Of a stretch of DNA of 64,000 nucleotides, positions 21,039-30,008 are shown piece after piece. Position 1 is the first letter of the stretch; each line of letters begins with the position of its first letter. The stretch is from Betaproteobacteria bacterium Ga0077527 (GTDB lineage: Bacteria > Pseudomonadota > Gammaproteobacteria > Burkholderiales > SG8-41): contig LNDW01000023.1 of assembly GCA_001464815.1 (NCBI GenBank), positions 15,529 to 79,528 on the forward strand. Reading direction: 5' to 3'. A program made the translations under genes and the position numbers. The notes beneath the pieces are model-generated. The model saw only the letters and a list, made by a program, of their open reading frames with translations, was not told the origin of the DNA and ran no database searches.

Positions 21039-23150
21039 ATGAACGCTGCCACCCGCCGCACCCGGCGCACGCCGGGCAAGACCGGATTCCCCGCCGAGCA
21101 CTACCTTAACCGCGAACTCGGTCTGCTTTCGTTCAACCGCCGCGTGCTCGCGCAGGCGGAGAACCCGGAACACCCGCTGCTCGAACGCCTGCGTTTCCTG
21201 TGCATCGTCAGCAGCAATCTCGACGAATTCTTCGAAGTTCGGGTTGCCGGCCTGCAGGCCGAGATCGAGGCCGGCAGCGCGCCGGTCAATCCCGACCAGA
21301 TGCGCGCCGAGCAGGTCTACCGGCTGGTAGCGCTGGAAGCGCATCAGATGGTGGCCCGTCAATACGAGCTGCTCAACAGCGAAATACTGCCCAGCCTTGA
21401 ACGCGAAGGCATCCGCTTCCTGCGCCGGAGCCAGTTCACGCCGCAGCAGGCGGAGTGGATACGCGGCCATTTCATGCGCGAAGTGATGCCCCTGCTGACG
21501 CCGATCGGACTTGATCCGGCGCATCCCTTTCCGCGTGTGCTCAACAAGAGCCTGAACTTCGCAGTCGAACTCGAGGGCAAGGATGCTTTCGGCCGCAATT
21601 CCGGCATCGCCATTGTCCAGGCGCCGCGGGTGCTGCCGCGGGTGATCCGCCTGCCGCAGTCCGTGGCCGGCGCCGAATACGACTTTGTGTTCCTGTCCTC
21701 GGTGCTGCATGGCCATGTTGGCGAGCTGTTCAACGGCATGAAGGTGCTCGGCTGTTACCAGTTCCGCCTCACCCGCAACAGCGATCTCTTTGTCGATGAG
21801 GAAGAGGTCAAGGATCTGCGCGCCGCGTTGCGCGGCGAATTGCCGCAGCGCCATTTCGGCGACGAGGTGCGGCTCGAGGTTGCCGACAGCTGCTCGCCGC
21901 AGATCACCGCGTTCCTGCTCAAGCAGTTCATGCTCGACGAGGAGGATCTCTACCGCGTCGATGGTCCGGTGAACCTGGCGCGGGTGATCAGCGTCCCCGA
22001 CTGGGTGGACCGGCCAGACCTCAAGTTTGCGCAGTTCCGGCCGGGGTTGCCGCAGCGGCTGATCGATGGTCGCGACCTGTTCCAGACCCTCCGCGAGGGC
22101 GACCTGCTGCTGCACCATCCGTACCAGTCCTTCCAGCCGGTGATCGGATTCCTGCAGCAGGCTGCGCGCGACCCGGCGGTGGCCGCGATCAAGATGACGG
22201 TGTACCGCACCGGTTCGGAATCGGCGCTGATGGAGGAGTTGATCGGCGCGGCGCGCAGCGGCAAGGAAGTGACCGTGGTGCTCGAGCTGATGGCGCGCTT
22301 CGACGAAGAGGCCAACATCAACTGGGCGCAGCGCCTCGAGGATGTCGGTGCGCATGTGGTCTACGGCGTAGTCGGCCACAAGACCCACGCCAAGATGATG
22401 ATGGTGGTGCGCCGCGAGGGTGACGGCCTGCGCCGCTATGTGCACCTGTCCACCGGCAACTACCATCCGCGCACCGCGCGCATCTACACCGATTTCGGCC
22501 TGTTCACCGCGCATGAGGAAATCTGCGGCGATGTGGCCCAGGTATTCATGCAACTGACCGGGCTCGGCCGCGCGACGAAGCTGACCCACCTGCTGCAGTC
22601 ACCGTTCACGCTGCACAAGGAAATGCTGCGCTCGATTGATGCCGAGACCGCCGCGGCCTCCGCGGGGCGTGAAGCACGGATCATCGCCAAGATGAACGCA
22701 TTGCTCGAGCCCGAAGTGATCGGCGCCCTGTACCGCGCTTCGCAGGCCGGTGTGCAGATCGACCTCATCGTGCGCGGCGTCTGCGCGCTGCGCCCCGGCG
22801 TGCCCGGGCTGTCGGACAACATCCGCGTGCGTTCGGTGATCGGCCGCTTCCTCGAGCACACACGCATTTTCTTTTTTCATAACGACGGCGATCCGCGCGT
22901 CTACCTGTCAAGCGCCGACTGGATGGGACGAAATTTCTTCGGCCGTGTCGAGGTCTGTTTCCCGGTGCTGGATCCGCTGCTGCGCCAGCGCGTGATCGAC
23001 GAGGGCCTGCTGCCCTACCTTGAGGACAACAGCCGCGCCTGGATCATGGATGGTGATGGCGCCTACGCCTTGCAGCAGCCGGGGCGCGCCGCTGTTGCGA
23101 GCGCGCAGGACCGGCTGCTTGAAAGCCTCTCCCATAAACCCGGTGTCTGA
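21039..23150 (+). CDS. ppk1: Polyphosphate kinase 1
   Basis: 703 aa with PPK1 domains and the conserved YLNRELGLLSFNRRV N-terminus. Confidence 0.95.
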   Translation: MNAATRRTRRTPGKTGFPAEHYLNRELGLLSFNRRVLAQAENPEHPLLERLRFLCIVSSNLDEFFEVRVAGLQAEIEAGSAPVNPDQMRAEQVYRLVALEAHQMVARQYELLNSEILPSLEREGIRFLRRSQFTPQQAEWIRGHFMREVMPLLTPIGLDPAHPFPRVLNKSLNFAVELEGKDAFGRNSGIAIVQAPRVLPRVIRLPQSVAGAEYDFVFLSSVLHGHVGELFNGMKVLGCYQFRLTRNSDLFVDEEEVKDLRAALRGELPQRHFGDEVRLEVADSCSPQITAFLLKQFMLDEEDLYRVDGPVNLARVISVPDWVDRPDLKFAQFRPGLPQRLIDGRDLFQTLREGDLLLHHPYQSFQPVIGFLQQAARDPAVAAIKMTVYRTGSESALMEELIGAARSGKEVTVVLELMARFDEEANINWAQRLEDVGAHVVYGVVGHKTHAKMMMVVRREGDGLRRYVHLSTGNYHPRTARIYTDFGLFTAHEEICGDVAQVFMQLTGLGRATKLTHLLQSPFTLHKEMLRSIDAETAAASAGREARIIAKMNALLEPEVIGALYRASQAGVQIDLIVRGVCALRPGVPGLSDNIRVRSVIGRFLEHTRIFFFHNDGDPRVYLSSADWMGRNFFGRVEVCFPVLDPLLRQRVIDEGLLPYLEDNSRAWIMDGDGAYALQQPGRAAVASAQDRLLESLSHKPGV

Positions 23151-24720
23151 GGCCGTCCGCCGCCCGGGCCGTCGAGTGCCCGCCGGCACCGAAACCGAAC
23201 TCAAGCTGCGCGTGCCGCCCGCGCAATGGAAGCGGCTGCTGGCTTCCCCTCTGCTGCATGCTGAGCGGGTCGGGCGCGAAATCGAGCTCGAAGCCATCTA
23301 TTTCGACACGCCGTCACGCGCCTTGTCGCATAACCGCATCGCCTACCGCGTACGCCGCGAAGGCCGGCGCTGGGTGCAGACGCTGAAAGGCGGTGGAGCC
23401 GAACAGTCCGGCCTGCATACCCGCATCGAAGTCGAAGCGCCGCTGGCCGATGCAGTACCGCAGCCGCAACAACTGCCGACTAATGCCCAAACCGGGGCCT
23501 TGACGGCATTGCTGCGGACCGCACTCGCCAGCGAGACCCTGCAACCGGTGCTGCAGACGCGCATCCGGCGCCACCAGCGAGTGATCACGCCGGGCCGCGG
23601 CATCCGCATCGAACTCGCCTTTGACCGCGGTACGATCAGCAGCGGCGGCAAACGCGAGGCCGTCAGCGAACTCGAACTGGAGCTGAAGGCCGGCCCGGTG
23701 GAGGCGCTGTTCGATCTCGCCTCAAGGCTGGTTGCAGCGCATGGCCTGACGCTGGAACACCGTTCGAAGGCGGAGCGGGGTTACGTACTGCGCGATGCCG
23801 TGCCGCCGCTGCCGGTGAAGGCTCAGGCAGCGTTGATCGACAAGACAATGGATGCCGGCGCCCTGAGCCGCGCGGTGATTGGGGGCGCACTGGCCCAGGT
23901 GCAGGCCAACAGCCACGGCGTGCTGTGTCATGACGATCCCGAGTTTCTGCACCAGATGCGTGTCGGACTGCGTCGCCTGCGCTGCGCGATCGACTTGTTT
24001 GCACCGCAGCTCGGCGGCGCGCTGGAGACCGAAGCCGCGGCATTGCGTGAGATTGGCCGCGGTCTGTCTGCTGCGCGCGACTGGGATGTGCTGATTGGTG
24101 AAATCCTGCCCCAGGTGTTTGTGCAGCCTGCGCCAGGCAGCGCTGCACTGCGTTTGCAGAAGGCCTGCGAAGCAGCCCGGGGCAGTGCCAAGAGAAAAAC
24201 AGATTTGTTAATAAAATCAATTAGTTATAATCAAACAATGCTGGCACTGGGGCGTCATCTGGCGACGACCCCGGCGGCTGCGGCGAAGGTGCGCAGCGCA
24301 CAGCAGGTGGCAGCGAAGATCCTCGAGGCGCGCCATGCCCGTGTACTCAAGCGCGGCAAACACCTGCGTCGCCAGGATGACGAGGCGCTGCATCGCCTGC
24401 GTATCGCGGTGAAAAAGCTGCGTTATGCGGTGGAGTTTTTCGGCGGTTTGTTCGCCGCGTCGGCAATACAGGCGCAGCGCGCGGCGTTGACGCGGCTGCA
24501 GGATATACTGGGCCACATCAACGATGCGGCGGTGACTGCGCCGCGGCTCGATGAAGCACGGCGGCAGGTTTTGCGCGGTGCCCAGAAGAACAGCCGGCGC
24601 TGGCCCAAATCCGCAGCACGGGCCGTGATCGAATGGCAGCAGACACTCGCCGCAGCCCAGCGCAAAAAACTGCCGGCCGCGTGGCGTCTTTTCGGGAAGG
24701 CGCCGCAGCCCTGGCGCTGA
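23143..24720 (+). CDS. CYTH-CHAD domain protein (polyphosphate-granule associated family)
   Basis: N-terminal CYTH tunnel motif ETELKL and two CHAD helical repeats (HQMRVGLRRLR, HRLRIAVKKLRY). GTG start at 23143 overlaps the ppk1 stop; alternative GTG at 23176. Confidence 0.8.
   Translation: MSEAVRRPGRRVPAGTETELKLRVPPAQWKRLLASPLLHAERVGREIELEAIYFDTPSRALSHNRIAYRVRREGRRWVQTLKGGGAEQSGLHTRIEVEAPLADAVPQPQQLPTNAQTGALTALLRTALASETLQPVLQTRIRRHQRVITPGRGIRIELAFDRGTISSGGKREAVSELELELKAGPVEALFDLASRLVAAHGLTLEHRSKAERGYVLRDAVPPLPVKAQAALIDKTMDAGALSRAVIGGALAQVQANSHGVLCHDDPEFLHQMRVGLRRLRCAIDLFAPQLGGALETEAAALREIGRGLSAARDWDVLIGEILPQVFVQPAPGSAALRLQKACEAARGSAKRKTDLLIKSISYNQTMLALGRHLATTPAAAAKVRSAQQVAAKILEARHARVLKRGKHLRRQDDEALHRLRIAVKKLRYAVEFFGGLFAASAIQAQRAALTRLQDILGHINDAAVTAPRLDEARRQVLRGAQKNSRRWPKSAARAVIEWQQTLAAAQRKKLPAAWRLFGKAPQPWR
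24191..24240 (-). repeat. AT-rich element, family member B (inside the CHAD gene)
   Basis: A 50-nt AT-rich patch in an otherwise GC-rich gene. The minus strand reads CATTGTTTGATTATAACTAATTGATTTTATTAAC; the plus strand carries AATCAATTAGTTA (24215-24227), matching the IHF consensus. Confidence 0.5.
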
Positions 24721-24768
24721 CGCTGCGCGGTTTCATCAGTAAAGGCAACCGTGGTGGAGAGGGAAACC

Positions 24769-25212
24769 ATGAACCTGGTGTTGTGGCGGCATGCCGAAGC
24801 CGAAGACGGCGTTCCTGACGAAGCACGAAAACTCACCGCCCGGGGGCGCCGCCAGGCGGTGGCGATGGCGGCCTGGCTGGACGCGCAATTGCCGGCGCCG
24901 CGCCGCGTACTGGTGAGCCCCGCCCGGCGTACCCGCGAGACTGCCGCCGCTTTTGCGGAAGATGTGATCATTGAGCCCGCGGTATCCACCGCGGCCACGC
25001 CCCAAGGTCTCCTGCGCGCGGCCGGCTGGCCGGATGACAAAGGCACGGTGCTGGTGATTGGTCATCAGCCGACGCTGGGTGAGGCGGCGGCACTGGCGCT
25101 GACCGGACATGTTGCGCCGTGGCGGGTGAAAAAAGGCGCGATCTGGTGGATCAGTCTCGATGGCGGCGATCCGCTGCTGCGCGCGGTGCTGCCGCCCTCG
25201 GCGCTCGACTGA
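24769..25212 (+). CDS. sixA: Phosphohistidine phosphatase SixA family
   Basis: Histidine-phosphatase RHAE motif (LVLWRHAEA) and GHQP. Start taken at MNLVLW; the ORF begins at 24751. Confidence 0.8.
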   Translation: MNLVLWRHAEAEDGVPDEARKLTARGRRQAVAMAAWLDAQLPAPRRVLVSPARRTRETAAAFAEDVIIEPAVSTAATPQGLLRAAGWPDDKGTVLVIGHQPTLGEAAALALTGHVAPWRVKKGAIWWISLDGGDPLLRAVLPPSALD

Positions 25213-25218
25213 GCAGGC

Positions 25219-26730
25219 TTATTCGACCAGCGCAGGCTCCTGGGCAGTGACGATTTCGTCAAGACCCGGTATCCGGATGTCGTGGCCGAGCCTTGCCCAT
25301 TCGGCGAGTTCCTCGCGCAGGGCGCCTGCAGACAGCGGATTGGCCTCGAGCCAGGTGTTATCGAAGGCGAGGCGCAGCCGCTCCTGCTGCACCTTGACCT
25401 CCAGTGCCGGCATCCGGCTGTCACGCCGCGCGCGGTTGAGCAGCACGGCGAGGCGCAGCGCCAGCACCAGGGCGCGGTCGGTTTCGAGCAGTTCACCCCA
25501 GGATTTTTTCAGTGAGCGGCGGTGGCTGCGCACCAGCGCCGAGAGGCGCTCCTGCTCCTCGCGCGAGAAGCCGGGCATGTCGGCATTGCTGATGATGTAG
25601 GCCGAGTGCTTGTGGTAGCCGCTGTAGGCGACCGGAATGCCGATTTCATGCAGCTTCGCCGCCCAGCCGAGCAGTTGCGGCGCGGTTTCGTCGGGTTCAA
25701 CGGCCAGTTTTTCGTGGAGCGAAAGCGCGCAGGCGCCGACGCGGCGCGCCTGCCGCGCATCGACGTGATAACGCTGCATGAACTGCGCCACCGTGACGTC
25801 GCGCATGTCCTGATGATGGAAGCGGCCGAGCATGTCCCACAGGATGCCCTGGCGCATCGCGCCGGTGGCCGGGGTCATGGTTTCAATGCCAAGTTCGTCG
25901 AGCACGGCGTGCAGGATGGCGAGTCCGCCGGCGAGTACCGGCTTGCGGTCGGGGCGCAGGCCGGGCAGTTCGATCTGGCTGAGGTCACCGGCACGGATCA
26001 GCTGGCTGCGCAGTCTGTCGAGTGCTTCAGGAGTGATCGGGCCGTCGGAATAACCGGCGAGCTGCAGGATCTCCGAGATCGAGCGCACCGTGCCGGAGGA
26101 ACCTACCGCATGCTGCCAGTGGCCGCGGTTGTAATGGCCGACGATGGGTTCGAGTTCGGCGCGTGCCGCGAGTTCGGCCTCTTTCATGGCGCCCTTGCTG
26201 ATGCGGCCGTCCCGGAAATAACGCATCGAATAAGACACGCAGCCCATGAACAGGCTTTCCAGTTGCAGCGGCTTGTAGCCGCTGCCGATGATGCATTCGG
26301 TGGAGCCGCCGCCGATGTCGACGACCAGGCGTTTTTCGCGCGATGCGGGCAGGCTGTGCGCGACGCCGAGGTAGATCAGCCGCGCCTCCTCGCGCCCGGC
26401 GACCACTTCGATCGGAAACCCGAGCGCGGTGCGAGCGCGGCGCAGGAACTGGCCGGCATTTTTGGCGACACGCAGGGTGTTGGTGCCCACCGCGCGCACC
26501 GCGCGGCGGTCGAGCCCGCGCAGGCGTTCACCGAAGCGGGCCAGGCAGGCCAGTGCGCGATCCTGGGATTCGTCATCGAGGCGCTTGTCCTTGCCGAGGC
26601 CGGCGCCGAAGCGCACCGGCTCGCGCAGCGAATCAAGCGGGAAAAACTGTACGCCATCGACACGGGCGAGCTGGCAGTGGAAGGAATTCGAGCCGAGGTC
26701 TATCGCGGCGATGGTGGACTGTTCAGCCAC
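25219..26730 (-). CDS. ppx: Exopolyphosphatase Ppx/GppA
   Basis: 503 aa with the ASKHA-fold motif AAIDLGSNSFH and a C-terminal HD-like domain; GTG start. Confidence 0.92.
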   Translation of the reverse strand: MAEQSTIAAIDLGSNSFHCQLARVDGVQFFPLDSLREPVRFGAGLGKDKRLDDESQDRALACLARFGERLRGLDRRAVRAVGTNTLRVAKNAGQFLRRARTALGFPIEVVAGREEARLIYLGVAHSLPASREKRLVVDIGGGSTECIIGSGYKPLQLESLFMGCVSYSMRYFRDGRISKGAMKEAELAARAELEPIVGHYNRGHWQHAVGSSGTVRSISEILQLAGYSDGPITPEALDRLRSQLIRAGDLSQIELPGLRPDRKPVLAGGLAILHAVLDELGIETMTPATGAMRQGILWDMLGRFHHQDMRDVTVAQFMQRYHVDARQARRVGACALSLHEKLAVEPDETAPQLLGWAAKLHEIGIPVAYSGYHKHSAYIISNADMPGFSREEQERLSALVRSHRRSLKKSWGELLETDRALVLALRLAVLLNRARRDSRMPALEVKVQQERLRLAFDNTWLEANPLSAGALREELAEWARLGHDIRIPGLDEIVTAQEPALVE

Positions 26731-26849
26731 CCCGGATTACTCCGAAGTCACTGAACCCGGATATCGACCGCGTGCCGCGTATGGTGTACACCGGTGACCC
26801 CGCTGGTGTTGATGAATGCGGTCAGTGTACCACGGCGCTTTTGCCGCAC

Positions 26850-27551
26850 TCAGCCCAGCGCTTCGCGCTCCAGCGCCTCGACGCCGGTGTGGCGCACGTC
26901 CTTGCCCTTGACCAGGTAGACCACGTATTCGGACATGTTCTTCGAGTGGTCGCCGATGCGTTCGATCGACTTGGCTATGAACAGTACGTCGATCGCGTGG
27001 GAGATGGTTCGCGGATCTTCCATCATGAAGGTGATCAGCTGGCGCAGGATCGCCTTGAACTCGCTGTCGACCTGCTGGTCCTGGCGCACGACCTTGGCGG
27101 CCACGGTCAGGTCGAGGCGGGCAAAGGCGTCAAGCGCGTTGCGCAGCATGCCGATTGCGATGTCGCCGACGTGCTGGACCTCGGTGGTGCGTGGCACGCT
27201 CGGGCGGTCGGTGCTGTACAGCGACAGCGTCATGCGCGCGATCTTCGCCGCCTCGTCACCGATGCGCTCGAGATCGGTGATGGTCTTGACCACGGTGAGG
27301 ATCATCCGCAGGTCCTTCGCCGCGGGCTGGCGCTTGGCGATGACCGTGCTGCATTCCTCGTCGATGGTGACTTCAAGGGCGTTGACGCGGTGGTCGTCCT
27401 CCATCACCTGGCGGGCCAGCGTCACGTTGCCGCTGGTCAGCGCTTCGATGGCGCGGCTGATCTGCTGCTCGACCAGGCCCCCCATCTGCAGTACGCGCGC
27501 GCGGATGTCCTCGAGTTCGGTGTCGAACTGCTTCAGGGTGTGTTCGGTCAT
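26850..27551 (-). CDS. phoU: Phosphate signalling regulator PhoU
   Basis: 233 aa with two PhoU repeats (ERIGDEA, ERIGDHS). Confidence 0.92.
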   Translation of the reverse strand: MTEHTLKQFDTELEDIRARVLQMGGLVEQQISRAIEALTSGNVTLARQVMEDDHRVNALEVTIDEECSTVIAKRQPAAKDLRMILTVVKTITDLERIGDEAAKIARMTLSLYSTDRPSVPRTTEVQHVGDIAIGMLRNALDAFARLDLTVAAKVVRQDQQVDSEFKAILRQLITFMMEDPRTISHAIDVLFIAKSIERIGDHSKNMSEYVVYLVKGKDVRHTGVEALEREALG

Positions 27552-27594
27552 GGTCGGTGCTCCGCGACGTAAAAAGGCAATTTATAGCCGCAAA

Positions 27595-28302
27595 TTATGA
27601 CAGTTTGATGGCCGGGCCCGGCCCTTTCAGGGTCTCGGTGCCTCCGGGGCCGGCGAGCAGCAGCACATCGGCCGGCCGCCGCGCGAACAGGCCGTTGGTG
27701 ACGACACCGGTGATCTGGTTGATAAGTGTTTCCAGTGCCGGCGGGTCGGTGATGGTCAGGTTGCGCACATCAAGGATGATGTTGCCGTTGTCGGTGACCA
27801 TATTGGCGCGCCATTCCGGCTGGCCACCGAGCCGGGCCAGCTCGCGGGCGACATAAGAGCGCGCCATCGGGATCACTTCCACCGGCAGCGGGAATTTACC
27901 GAGCACATCGACCAGTTTCGAGCCATCTGCGATACAGACAAACTGCTTCGCCACCGCGGCGACGATTTTCTCGCGGGTCAGTGCGCCGCCGCCGCCCTTG
28001 ACCATCATCAGGTGACGGGTGACTTCGTCGGCGCCGTCGACGTAAACGGGGATGTCACGCACCGCATTGAGGTCAAATACCGGGATGCCGGCGGCTTTCA
28101 GGCGTTTTGCGCTGGCTTCGGAGCTCGACACCGCGCCCTCGATGCGGCCCTTGATTTTCGCCAGCTCGTCGATGAAAAAATTCACCGTCGAACCGGTACC
28201 GACACCGATCACGGCGCCTTGCTCCGTATCTTTCCCGATTCTTTCCAGCACCCAGGCAATGGCGGCCTTCGCGGCGGCTTGTTTTTGCGCGTCCTGATTC
28301 AC
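27595..28302 (-). CDS. rpiA: Ribose-5-phosphate isomerase A
   Basis: GVGTGST and [11 protein letters not shown] motifs. GTG start at 28302 gives an N-terminus ([14 protein letters not shown]) collinear with E. coli RpiA. Confidence 0.88.
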   Translation of the reverse strand: MNQDAQKQAAAKAAIAWVLERIGKDTEQGAVIGVGTGSTVNFFIDELAKIKGRIEGAVSSSEASAKRLKAAGIPVFDLNAVRDIPVYVDGADEVTRHLMMVKGGGGALTREKIVAAVAKQFVCIADGSKLVDVLGKFPLPVEVIPMARSYVARELARLGGQPEWRANMVTDNGNIILDVRNLTITDPPALETLINQITGVVTNGLFARRPADVLLLAGPGGTETLKGPGPAIKLS

Positions 28303-28454
28303 CTTGGATTCCCCATGCTTTTGGTCTGAATAAATGATCATCCGACTATACCGCATCCGCCCGCGGTCTTCGTCGCGGCAGGGCGGCATTCCTGATAACC
28401 TTAAAGGCCCGAAAAAGTCTTTCTTATCAAACCGTTTTCACCAGACACATCACC

Positions 28455-29978
28455 ATGGCCAAATCCGCTGCCGGCGACTACCTCGAGCGCATCCTCAACG
28501 CCCGCGTCTACGATGTCGCCATCGAAACCCCGCTGGAGCGCGCACCTGCACTGTCGCGGCGCACCGGCAACAATATCCTGTTGAAGCGCGAGGACATGCA
28601 GCCGGTGTTCTCGTTCAAGCTGCGCGGTGCCTACAACAAGATGGCGCAGTTGAAACCCGGGGCATTGAAGCGCGGTGTGATCGCGGCTTCCGCCGGCAAC
28701 CACGCCCAGGGCGTGGCGCTGGCCGCGCAGCGCCTGGGCTGCGCCGCGACCATCGTGATGCCGGTGACCACGCCCGAGATCAAGGTCAACGCGGTGAAGG
28801 GCCGCGGCGCGAAGGTGGTGCTGCATGGTGATTCCTATTCCGATGCAGCGGCGCATGCCCGGCGGCTGGAAAAGCGCCACCGGCTGACCTATGTTCATCC
28901 CTACGACGATCCCGATGTGATCGCCGGGCAGGGCACCATCGCCATGGAAATCCTGCGCCAGCATCCGCAGCCCATCGACGCGATTTTTGTCGCCGTCGGC
29001 GGTGGCGGGCTGATCTCGGGGATCGCCGCCTATGTCAAACGCCTGCGCCCTGAAATCAAGATCATCGGCGTCGAGCCGGTGGATTCGGACGCGATGTACC
29101 GGTCGCTTAAGGCGGGGCGTCGTGTCACCCTCGATCATGTCGGGCTGTTCGCGGACGGTGTCGCGGTCAAGCAGGTGGGTGTGGAAACCTTCAGGCTGTG
29201 CCGCGAGCTGGTTGACGAGGTGATCCGCGTCGACACCGATGCGATGTGCGCGGCGATCAAGGATGTATTCGAGGATACCCGCGCCATCCTCGAGCCCGCC
29301 GGCGCGCTCGCGATTGCCGGTGCCAAGGTATGGGCTGCGCGGCGCAAAACCCGCGGCTCAACGCTGGTGGCGATTGCCTGCGGCGCGAACATGAATTTCG
29401 ACCGCCTGCGTTTTGTCGCCGAACAGGCCGAGTTGGGCGAGAATCGCGAGGCCATTCTCGCGGTGACCATTCCCGAGAAGCCGGGCAGCTTCAAGGCCTT
29501 CTGCGAGCTGCTGGGCCCGCGCAACGTCACCGAGTTCAACTACCGCTTTGATGATCCGCGCCAGGCGCGGGTGTTTGTCGGCGTGCAGGTGCGCGACCGC
29601 AGGGAGACCGCGCAACTGGTGCGTTCACTGCGCCGGCGCGGGCTGCAGACACTCGACCTCTCCGACAACGAACTTGCCAAGCTGCATGTGCGGCACATGG
29701 TGGGTGGTCATGCGCCGCGTGCGAAGAATGAAATTCTTTACCGCTTCGAGTTTCCGGAGCGTCCCGGCGCGCTGACCCGTTTTCTCAACAGCATGAGCCG
29801 CGGCTGGAACATCAGCCTGTTCCATTACCGCAACCACGGTGCCGACTACGGTCGCGTGCTGGTCGGCATGGAAGTGCCGCCGGCCGAGCAGGGGCGCTTC
29901 CGCGCCTTCCTCGCCGAGGTCGGTTATCCTTGGGTCGATGAAACGCGGAACCCGGCTTACCGCCTCTTTTTGTCATGA
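28455..29978 (+). CDS. ilvA: Biosynthetic threonine ammonia-lyase
   Basis: 507 aa with the PLP motif FSFKLRGAYN and two C-terminal ACT-like regulatory repeats. Confidence 0.94.
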   Translation: MAKSAAGDYLERILNARVYDVAIETPLERAPALSRRTGNNILLKREDMQPVFSFKLRGAYNKMAQLKPGALKRGVIAASAGNHAQGVALAAQRLGCAATIVMPVTTPEIKVNAVKGRGAKVVLHGDSYSDAAAHARRLEKRHRLTYVHPYDDPDVIAGQGTIAMEILRQHPQPIDAIFVAVGGGGLISGIAAYVKRLRPEIKIIGVEPVDSDAMYRSLKAGRRVTLDHVGLFADGVAVKQVGVETFRLCRELVDEVIRVDTDAMCAAIKDVFEDTRAILEPAGALAIAGAKVWAARRKTRGSTLVAIACGANMNFDRLRFVAEQAELGENREAILAVTIPEKPGSFKAFCELLGPRNVTEFNYRFDDPRQARVFVGVQVRDRRETAQLVRSLRRRGLQTLDLSDNELAKLHVRHMVGGHAPRAKNEILYRFEFPERPGALTRFLNSMSRGWNISLFHYRNHGADYGRVLVGMEVPPAEQGRFRAFLAEVGYPWVDETRNPAYRLFLS

Positions 29979-30008
29979 TTTATTGTTTATAATCAATTTC
30001 TTATGATT
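29974..30008 (+). repeat. AT-rich element, family member C
   Basis: CATGATTTATTGTTTATAATCAATTTCTTATGATT fills the 24-nt ilvA-slt gap and overlaps both the ilvA stop and the slt start. 18 of its first 20 nt are identical to member E. AATCAATTTCTTA (29991-30003) matches the IHF consensus. Confidence 0.55.

Noticed and set aside
28334-28454. Possible ilv-type leader peptide/attenuator upstream of ilvA (MIIRLYRIR...)
   Set aside because: There is no run of Ile/Val/Leu regulatory codons and no terminator/antiterminator pair. The ORF simply continues out of frame into ilvA.
29988-29993. TATAAT boxes inside AT-rich elements C and E as ordinary promoters
   Set aside because: No properly spaced -35 is present (12-nt spacing in C). 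Family members occur in both orientations relative to neighbouring genes and inside ORFs, so a generic promoter explanation does not cover them. Only element B has promoter-like geometry, and it is reported separately.
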